This document shows positions 57,315 to 64,000 of a stretch of DNA of 64,000 nt, piece after piece. How positions within the stretch are numbered: position 1 is the first letter of the stretch; the number at the start of each line of letters is the position of its first letter. Both the position numbers and the translations under genes were made by a program. The notes beneath the pieces were generated by a model, which searched no databases, was not told the origin of the DNA, and saw only the letters and a list, made by a program, of their open reading frames with translations. The stretch comes from an uncultured bacterium. GTDB taxonomy: Bacteria > Actinomycetota > Acidimicrobiia > Spongiisociales > UBA5794. The DNA is taken from positions 416,001 through 480,000 of the forward strand of contig CAWDDT010000009.1 of NCBI GenBank assembly GCA_963801165.1, written 5' to 3'.

Positions 57315-58742
57315 TTATGGCTTCGCGGGTAGCCCGGCAATCTCCGAGTACAGCTCGATGTGGCGTCGGGCGGGCTTCGTCCACGACCAGTCCTTGCGCA
57401 TCCCTCGCCGCTGGATCGCTTGCCGTCGCTGCTTGTGCCGCCAAGCACGTACCGCCCGGTGGAGCGCATCTACAACACCTGCCACATCGATTGTGGCTGC
57501 ATGGAAACCGGTGCCGTTGGCCCGGTCGGCGTCGGCATCGATGACCGTGTCGTGCAGACCGCCGACATCTGTGACGACGGGGATCGTTCCGTAGGCCATT
57601 GCCTGCATCTGAGCCAAGCCACAGGGCTCGAACCGGCTTGGCATCAGCAGCAGATCTGACCCGGCCAATATTTTGTGGGAGAGCGCCTGGTTGTAGCCGT
57701 CGGCGAAGTAGACGTGGTTCGGCCACGTGCTCGCTGCCCGCCGGGCCCAGTCGGCCAGCTCCCGATCTCCCGAGCCGAGCATCACCAGCCGGAAGGGGAC
57801 GCTCGGAGCGAAACGCACCGCCTCCAACGCCAGATCGACACCCTTCTGGTCGACCAGGCGCGTGACGATGCCGACGATCGGAGCTCCGTCCTCATTCCAG
57901 CCGGCCGTGGCAAGCAGCTCGTGACGGCAATCGTCCTTGCCATCGAGCTTGTCCGAGGTGAAGTTGGTCGCGATCATCGGATCCGTTGCCGCGTTCCATA
58001 TGTCGGTGTCGATCCCGTTCCTGATGCCGACGAGCCGGTCGCCGAGATCACTCAGGATGTGTGCCAGCCCCATTCCCGACTCGGGCCGGCGGATCTCGTC
58101 GGCGTAGTTAGGGCTCACGGCGATCACCCGGTCGGCCACCTGGATGGCACCGGCAAGCGGGTTGACTTCGCCGAAGCACTCGAACGCCGATTGGTGATGC
58201 GGGATACGCGGCAGCCATTGCCCCCCGGCCCATCCCTGATAACCGAGCGTGTGGATGGTGAAGACAGCGGGAGGGCGCCGCCACGCCATCCCCAGGGCTG
58301 CTGCCGTGTGCCAGTCGTTGAGATGCACCACATCGGCGTCGGTCTCCTCGATCATCCCGGCGACGGCAGCCGAGAAGGCGAAGAAGCGGTAGTCGTTGTC
58401 CGGCCATCCGTGCCCGTACTCGTCGATGTAGGGGTGCGGGCGCTCGATCCCGGGCACCTTGACGAGGGTCACCTCTCCAATACCCTCGACCACGCCACGC
58501 CGGGCGGAAGCCGGCTCGGCCCAGTCCGGTACCGAAACGGGTAGTGGTTGCTCATCTGCAAGCACCACCCCTGAATAGTCAGGGAGTGCCAGGTCCACCG
58601 TCACTCCAGCCTTGCGCAGCGCCGCAACCAGGCCGGAGGCGGCTTCGGCGAGACCGCCCACCCTGGCGAGGGGGCTGAGCTCGGCCGAGGCAAACAGGAT
58701 CTTCAGACCGGCTCGATCTGTTGGAGCAGAACCACCGACCAT
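57315..58742 (-). CDS. glgA: Glycogen synthase (GT5)
   Basis: RVGGLA, HLNDWH, NGID, RLVDQKG, PSRFEPCGL; start uncertain (conserved part begins LKILFASAE at ~58706). Confidence 0.93.
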   Translation of the reverse strand: MVGGSAPTDRAGLKILFASAELSPLARVGGLAEAASGLVAALRKAGVTVDLALPDYSGVVLADEQPLPVSVPDWAEPASARRGVVEGIGEVTLVKVPGIERPHPYIDEYGHGWPDNDYRFFAFSAAVAGMIEETDADVVHLNDWHTAAALGMAWRRPPAVFTIHTLGYQGWAGGQWLPRIPHHQSAFECFGEVNPLAGAIQVADRVIAVSPNYADEIRRPESGMGLAHILSDLGDRLVGIRNGIDTDIWNAATDPMIATNFTSDKLDGKDDCRHELLATAGWNEDGAPIVGIVTRLVDQKGVDLALEAVRFAPSVPFRLVMLGSGDRELADWARRAASTWPNHVYFADGYNQALSHKILAGSDLLLMPSRFEPCGLAQMQAMAYGTIPVVTDVGGLHDTVIDADADRANGTGFHAATIDVAGVVDALHRAVRAWRHKQRRQAIQRRGMRKDWSWTKPARRHIELYSEIAGLPAKP

Positions 58743-60811
58743 CCGTCAACCTCCCATGCGTCGCCTGCTTTGAGGAGATCCGTGCACGTCACTTCACGTG
58801 ATGTATCCAGAACGACCTGCCACTCGAAGCTACTGAGATCATCCGGTACCGAGAAGGTTACCGGCTTGGTATGGGCGTTGAAGAGGAGAACGAAACTGTC
58901 GTCCTCCACCTTCTCTCCGCGCGGGCCCGGTGTCGGGATCAGTTTGCCGTTGAGAAAGACGGCAAGTGACCTGGCGTAACCGATGTTCCAGTCCTCGTCC
59001 GACATCGGCGCACCGTCGGTGTTGTACCAGCCGATGTCGTTGACCCACGCGCCGTGGGTCCTTCGCCCTTCGAACCACCGCCGCCTCCTGAAGACCGGGT
59101 GTTGGTTGCGGAGACCGATGAGCCGTTTGGTGAAACCAAGCAGGAACCGGTCGGTGCTGTCCCAGTCGTACCAGGAGATCGCATTGTCCTGGCAGTAGGC
59201 GTTGTTGTTGCCCTGCTGGGTGCGTCCCATCTCGTCGCCACCGACAAGCATCGGCACTCCTTGCGAGAGCAGCAACGTCATCAGGATCGACCGCTGCCGC
59301 CGCTTCCTGGTCTCGATGATGTCGGGGTCGTCGGTGTCGCCCTCAACACCCGAGTTCCAGGATCGGTTGTGCGATTCACCGTCACGGTTCTCTTCGCCGT
59401 TGGCGAGGTTGTGCTTGTCGCCGTAGGAGACGAGATCGCGGAGGGTGAAGCCGTCGTGGGCGGTGACGAAGTTGATGCTCGCGTGGGGTCGCCGACCCGA
59501 GAAGCCATACAGGTCCGACGACCCGGTGAATCGAGAGGCGAAGTTGGCCAGCGACCAGTCGGTGCCGCGCCAATAGTCACGGACACCGTCGCGGTACTTG
59601 GCGTTCCACTCGGACCACAATGGTGGGAAGTTGCCGACCTGGTAGCCGCCGTCGCCCACATCCCACGGCTCGGCGATGAGCTTCACCCTGTTGACCACCG
59701 GGTCCTGCTGGATGAGGTCGAAGAAGGAAGAGAGCCGATCGACCGAGTGCAGCTCACGAGCCAGCGCAGCCGCCAGATCGAACCGGAACCCGTCGACGTG
59801 CATCTCGGTGACCCAGTAGCGCAGGCTGTCCATTATCAGCTTGAGCACCGCCGGGTGACGCACATTGAGGCTGTTGCCGGTACCGGTGTAGTCGACATAG
59901 CGGCTCGGATCGTCGGGGTCTGTGCGGTAGTAGGTCTGATTGTCGATCCCGCGGAAGCTGAACGCCGGGCCGAGAGTGCCCCCCTCACAGGTGTGGTTGT
60001 AGACGACGTCGAGGATCACCTCGATCCCGGCGCGGTGGAACGCCTTCACCATCTCCTTGAACTCGACGACCTGTTGGCCACGGTCGCCCGCCGCGGAGTA
60101 CGCACCGTGCGGTGCCAGGTAACCGATCGTCGCGTAGCCCCAGTAGTTGACCAGGTCCTTGGTCACCAGGCTGTGCTCGGAGATGAAATGATGCACGGGC
60201 ATCAACTCGACGGCCGAGATGCCCAGCGCCGATAGGTGATTGATGATCGGCTCGCTGGCCATTCCGGCGAACGTGCCCCGCAGCTCCTCGGGTACGTCGG
60301 GGTGTCGCATCGTCATCCCGCGCACGTGGGTCTCGTAAATGACGGACTTGTGCAGCGGGATGCCGGGCGGCGCGTCGTCCCCCCAGTCGAAATGGCTGTC
60401 GACGACGACCGATCGCGGCACATACGCCGCATTGTCGGTCTCGCTGATCCGGTCCGGATGGTGCCATTGATATGCGAAAACCGCCTTCGACCATCTGACT
60501 TCGCCCTCGATTGCCTTGCTATAAGGGTCGAGCATCAGCTTGGCCGGGTTGAACAGCAGACCCTCAGCCGGGCTCCACGGTCCGTGGACCCGGAACCCGT
60601 AGCGTCGTCCCGGAGCGACACCGGGCACGTAGCCGTGATGCGTGAAGGCCGTTATCTCGGCGAGCCTGAGCCTGATCTCGTTGTTCTCGTCGTCGAACAG
60701 ACACAACTCGACACGGTCGGCGTTCTCGGCAAAGATCGCAAAGTTGGTGCCCTCGCCGTCGTAAGTTGCGCCGAGCGGGTAGGGAGAGCCGGGCCAGACC
60801 GAGGCGCTCAA
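58703..60811 (-). CDS. glgX: Glycogen debranching enzyme
   Basis: PLGAT, NYWGY, DVVYNHT, DGFRFDLA, AEPWD, HDGFTL, GNNNAYCQDN; TTG start overlapping the glgP stop. Confidence 0.96.
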   Translation of the reverse strand: MSASVWPGSPYPLGATYDGEGTNFAIFAENADRVELCLFDDENNEIRLRLAEITAFTHHGYVPGVAPGRRYGFRVHGPWSPAEGLLFNPAKLMLDPYSKAIEGEVRWSKAVFAYQWHHPDRISETDNAAYVPRSVVVDSHFDWGDDAPPGIPLHKSVIYETHVRGMTMRHPDVPEELRGTFAGMASEPIINHLSALGISAVELMPVHHFISEHSLVTKDLVNYWGYATIGYLAPHGAYSAAGDRGQQVVEFKEMVKAFHRAGIEVILDVVYNHTCEGGTLGPAFSFRGIDNQTYYRTDPDDPSRYVDYTGTGNSLNVRHPAVLKLIMDSLRYWVTEMHVDGFRFDLAAALARELHSVDRLSSFFDLIQQDPVVNRVKLIAEPWDVGDGGYQVGNFPPLWSEWNAKYRDGVRDYWRGTDWSLANFASRFTGSSDLYGFSGRRPHASINFVTAHDGFTLRDLVSYGDKHNLANGEENRDGESHNRSWNSGVEGDTDDPDIIETRKRRQRSILMTLLLSQGVPMLVGGDEMGRTQQGNNNAYCQDNAISWYDWDSTDRFLLGFTKRLIGLRNQHPVFRRRRWFEGRRTHGAWVNDIGWYNTDGAPMSDEDWNIGYARSLAVFLNGKLIPTPGPRGEKVEDDSFVLLFNAHTKPVTFSVPDDLSSFEWQVVLDTSREVTCTDLLKAGDAWEVDGWSVVLLQQIEPV

Positions 60812-62808
60812 ACCGGCACGGAGACCCGGTACACGCGGCTGGCGTACTCCTGGAGCATGCGCGATGCCGTGACGAAGGGACCCAGCGTTCGCCAGTTGTG
60901 ACGTACCTTGGCAAGCCACGCGCTGCTCGGGGCGAGACCGCCGTCCGCGTAGTACAGCGGGATTACCTCGTTGGCAAGGACGTCGTAGAGGCTGTTCGCC
61001 TCTTCCATGTCCCTCTGCTCGTGATCCTCGGCCGCCGACGACTCGATGGCCCACCCGTTCTCTCCGTCGAAGCACTCGTCCCACCAGCCGTCGAGGATCG
61101 AGCAGTTGAGTACGCCATTGAGAGCGGCCTTCTGGCCGCTGGTGCCGCTGGCCTCCCGCGGGCGGATCGGGTTGTTCAACCAGACGTCGCAGCCGGCATA
61201 AAGGGCGCGGGACACGGCCATGTCGTAGCCGGGCACAAAGACGAAACGGCCCCGGCTCTCGGGGCTCTCGGCGAAGGCGGCAACTCTGGCGAGGATGGCC
61301 TTGCCCGGTTCGTCCGCGGGGTGTGCCTTGCCGGCGAATACGAACTGGACCGGTCGATCCGGATCGTTGATGAGACTGAGGAGACGCTCCCGGTCACGCA
61401 GCAGAAGATCGGCGCGCTTATAGGTGGCGAAACGACGAGCGAAACCGATCGTGAGAATGCCCGGCTCGAGTCGCGTCGGCCTACCGATGTGACGGTCGGC
61501 CATCTCGATCATCCGGTTGCGACCCACGGCGAATGCGGTCTTGATCTCATCGTCGGTGATGCGGTCGACACGATCCCACACCGTCTTGTCCGGGAGATGC
61601 CACTCGGTGGTGCCGAGCTTGTCGTCAAAGAGATTCTGCAGCTGCGGGGTGACCCAGGTGCGGGCGTGTACCCCGTTGGTCACCGAGCCGATCTCCGATC
61701 CGCCGGGCACGTCGGCGAACATGTGCCGGCTCACCTGTCCGTGCAGCTTCGAGACCCCGTTGCAGCGACCGGCGACGCGGACGCAGAACGCCGCCATGTT
61801 GAAGTGGTTGTCGCTGCCGGGGAGGATGCCGAGCTCGAGGAGCCGGTCCATTTCGATGTCGTTGCGTTCCGCCCAACCACCGAGGTACTTACGCATCAGC
61901 TCGGGGGAGAACCGATCGATGCCGGCCGGGACCGGGGTGTGGGTGGTGAACACGATCCGGTTCCTGACCTCGGCAACCGCCTGGTCGAGCGTATGCCCCT
62001 TGGCGACCTCGTCGGCGAGAAGCTCAAACGCGAGAAAGCCGGCGTGTCCTTCGTTCAGGTGGAACTTCGCCGGCTCGTATCCAAGTTGGCGGATGGCGCG
62101 TACGCCGCCGATGCCCATCAGCAGCTCCTGGCGCATGCGGTGCTCACGATCGCCGGCGTAGAGACGATCCGACACCCGGCGGCCGACCTCGTCGTTGACC
62201 TCGAGGTCCGTGTCGAGCAGGAAGAGACGGGTGGTGCCGACGTTCGCCTGCCAGACGCGGGAGGTGACCATACGTTCTGCCACCTCGAGCTCGACGCGCG
62301 CCGGCGTCGCGGTCAGGGCGAGGAAACGAGGGTTGTTCGTCTCGTATCGTTCCCTCTGGTGGCCGTTCTCGAGCGCCTGACGGAAGAACCCGTCGCGATA
62401 GAAGAGCCCCACGCCGAGCAAGGGCATCCGCAGGTCGCTCGCCGCCTTGAGGTGGTCGCCGGCGAGGACTCCGAGACCACCCGAATACTGTGGCAGCATC
62501 TCGGAGATCCCGAACTCGGGCGAGAAGTATGCGACGGTCTCGTCGTCGTTCAGATGCAGCGGTTTCGGGATCCGGCTGTGTGCGAGCCTGGCGAGCTCGG
62601 TGAACTCAGGATCGGCCAGCAGGCCCGCCCAGTCATCCTCGTTCAGCAGCTTGACCCGCTCGGTGGGATGAAGCGCAGAGTCGCCGTTCATAGCCGGGAT
62701 ACGGCGGAACAGCTCGCGGGCGCTGATATCCCAGGTCCACGAGTAGTTGCTTGCTATCTGGAGCAGCGTACTCTCCAGTTCATAGCGTGATGTTGTGTCG
62801 TCTTGCAC
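60808..62808 (-). CDS. glgP: Alpha-glucan phosphorylase
   Basis: YFSPEFG, YSGGLGVLAGD, HLNEGH, ARRFATYKR, EASGTSGQK. Confidence 0.95.
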   Translation of the reverse strand: MQDDTTSRYELESTLLQIASNYSWTWDISARELFRRIPAMNGDSALHPTERVKLLNEDDWAGLLADPEFTELARLAHSRIPKPLHLNDDETVAYFSPEFGISEMLPQYSGGLGVLAGDHLKAASDLRMPLLGVGLFYRDGFFRQALENGHQRERYETNNPRFLALTATPARVELEVAERMVTSRVWQANVGTTRLFLLDTDLEVNDEVGRRVSDRLYAGDREHRMRQELLMGIGGVRAIRQLGYEPAKFHLNEGHAGFLAFELLADEVAKGHTLDQAVAEVRNRIVFTTHTPVPAGIDRFSPELMRKYLGGWAERNDIEMDRLLELGILPGSDNHFNMAAFCVRVAGRCNGVSKLHGQVSRHMFADVPGGSEIGSVTNGVHARTWVTPQLQNLFDDKLGTTEWHLPDKTVWDRVDRITDDEIKTAFAVGRNRMIEMADRHIGRPTRLEPGILTIGFARRFATYKRADLLLRDRERLLSLINDPDRPVQFVFAGKAHPADEPGKAILARVAAFAESPESRGRFVFVPGYDMAVSRALYAGCDVWLNNPIRPREASGTSGQKAALNGVLNCSILDGWWDECFDGENGWAIESSAAEDHEQRDMEEANSLYDVLANEVIPLYYADGGLAPSSAWLAKVRHNWRTLGPFVTASRMLQEYASRVYRVSVPV

Positions 62809-62874
62809 GCTTTTGTCCTTGGGCGTAAGCCGCGATCATATAGTCTCGCGTCGTACCGGGCATCTCAGGGGTTC

Positions 62875-64000
62875 CTATTCCGACTCGTCGTGAGCTGGGT
62901 CACGTATCTCGTGGAGATGCTCGAGTCGCGACAGAATGCCCGTGTCGGTCGTCAGCTGTTCAACCGTCATGGCATGACGGGCTCGCCAATTCGGGCGCTC
63001 CGTGTCGGTTCCGGGAACGTTTTGGCGACGCTCCTCCCCCCACAGATCGTCGACGTTGACGATCGCCACGCTTGCGTCGGAGCGGGCCATCCATTCGAGG
63101 ATCGCGTTGCGGGTGTCATCGAGACCGTCGGTCTGGAGCAGATCCTGCAGGTAATCGAGCGTGTCATCCCGGTCGCGACGAGCCTGATCTCCGCGTCCGT
63201 CGGTGTAGACGCCGAGGTCCTCCCCGTCGTCGATGTCCTGCTTCTCCCACCATGCCGCAAACGGTGGCGTGTCGTGGGTGGCCAGGGCGATCAGCTCCTG
63301 GTCGGTCGGGTCACTCAGACTGTCGACGGCGACCTTCATCCCGAGCAGCCGGTGTCGCTCGAGGGCGACGGTCACCGCCTCGGGGACGGTGCCCAGGTTC
63401 TCGCCACAAACGGCCGCGCCCGCCCGATGGGCTTCGAGACAGAGGATGGCGAACATCTCCTCGGTCGGCTGTAGGACGTACGCCCCGTCCGTTGCGGAGA
63501 GACCGTGCGGCACCCACCAGGCTCGGTGAAGACCCATGACGTGGTCTACCCGGAGTAGACCGGCCACCGAGAGCTGGTGCCGGACCGCCTTTATGAACCC
63601 CACGTGGTGCGCCTCCCTGGCACGTGCCGGGATGGTGGCGGGGAGACCCCATTCCTGGCCGCCGAGGAACAGCGAGTCGGGCGGGGCGCCGACGCTGGCC
63701 GGGGCGAACAGATGTTGCTGGTCCCAGATGTCGTACCCGTCGGGATGGCAGCCGATCGGCAGGTCGAGGTACAGGTATTGGCCCCGGGACGACAGGCGGT
63801 TGCTCAGGTCTCGGAGCTGCTCGGTCGCCAGCCATTGTCCGACGAGGTGATACGCCTCCCGATCGGGATGACCCGTGGCGTCGGCGGGCCAGGCACGCCA
63901 GTTGCGACCATGGCGATCGCACGTAGCGCGGAAGCGGGCGTAGGGGGCGGCGTCGTCGTTGGCGGCGGCAAATTCGTCGATCCGGGTTCGCAAATGTGGC
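62875..64000 (-). CDS. malQ: 4-alpha-glucanotransferase (5' end outside window)
   Basis: YLDLPIG, GAPPD..GQEWG, RVDHVMG, GENLG, THD, QNVPGT..PNW. Confidence 0.93.
   Translation of the reverse strand, partial: PHLRTRIDEFAAANDDAAPYARFRATCDRHGRNWRAWPADATGHPDREAYHLVGQWLATEQLRDLSNRLSSRGQYLYLDLPIGCHPDGYDIWDQQHLFAPASVGAPPDSLFLGGQEWGLPATIPARAREAHHVGFIKAVRHQLSVAGLLRVDHVMGLHRAWWVPHGLSATDGAYVLQPTEEMFAILCLEAHRAGAAVCGENLGTVPEAVTVALERHRLLGMKVAVDSLSDPTDQELIALATHDTPPFAAWWEKQDIDDGEDLGVYTDGRGDQARRDRDDTLDYLQDLLQTDGLDDTRNAILEWMARSDASVAIVNVDDLWGEERRQNVPGTDTERPNWRARHAMTVEQLTTDTGILSRLEHLHEIRDPAHDESE

Noticed and set aside
54012-64000. Glycogen gene cluster as a novelty
   Set aside because: Standard glgB/C/A/X/P/malQ enzymes with intact motifs.

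Overview
High-GC actinobacterial DNA, probably Acidimicrobiia (inferred from gene style, not a database hit), in two halves. Left half (1 to ~28.8 kb) is an accessory island at tRNA-Lys(TTT). It contains an ~18 kb integrative mobilizable element (tyrosine integrase, Xis, MOBF relaxase-helicase, no T4SS) bounded by 68-bp direct repeats, in tandem with an older, integrase-deleted sibling. Cargo: four ECF sigma/membrane anti-sigma pairs, paralogous secreted proteins and lipoproteins, and nested IS elements (IS110 inside IS3 inside IS481). The IS110 non-coding end reads as a complete bridge RNA whose guides match the conserved YDNA codons of the IS3 transposase it interrupts. Right half is core chromosome: a WYL regulator, a single-ORF fusion of an archaeal-type endonuclease IV TIM barrel with a LigD-type primase-polymerase (the best candidate for an undescribed repair enzyme), a pur operon with eukaryote-like traits (PurD-PurM fusion carrying a 1-nt frameshift, class II-type PurE), a candidate GGGGGA-hairpin sRNA, a flap endonuclease, a four-lamin-tail-domain secreted protein, vapBC, an ABC exporter and a glycogen cluster (glgB, glgC, glgA, glgX, glgP, malQ). 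All calls come from motifs read by eye; no searches were run.
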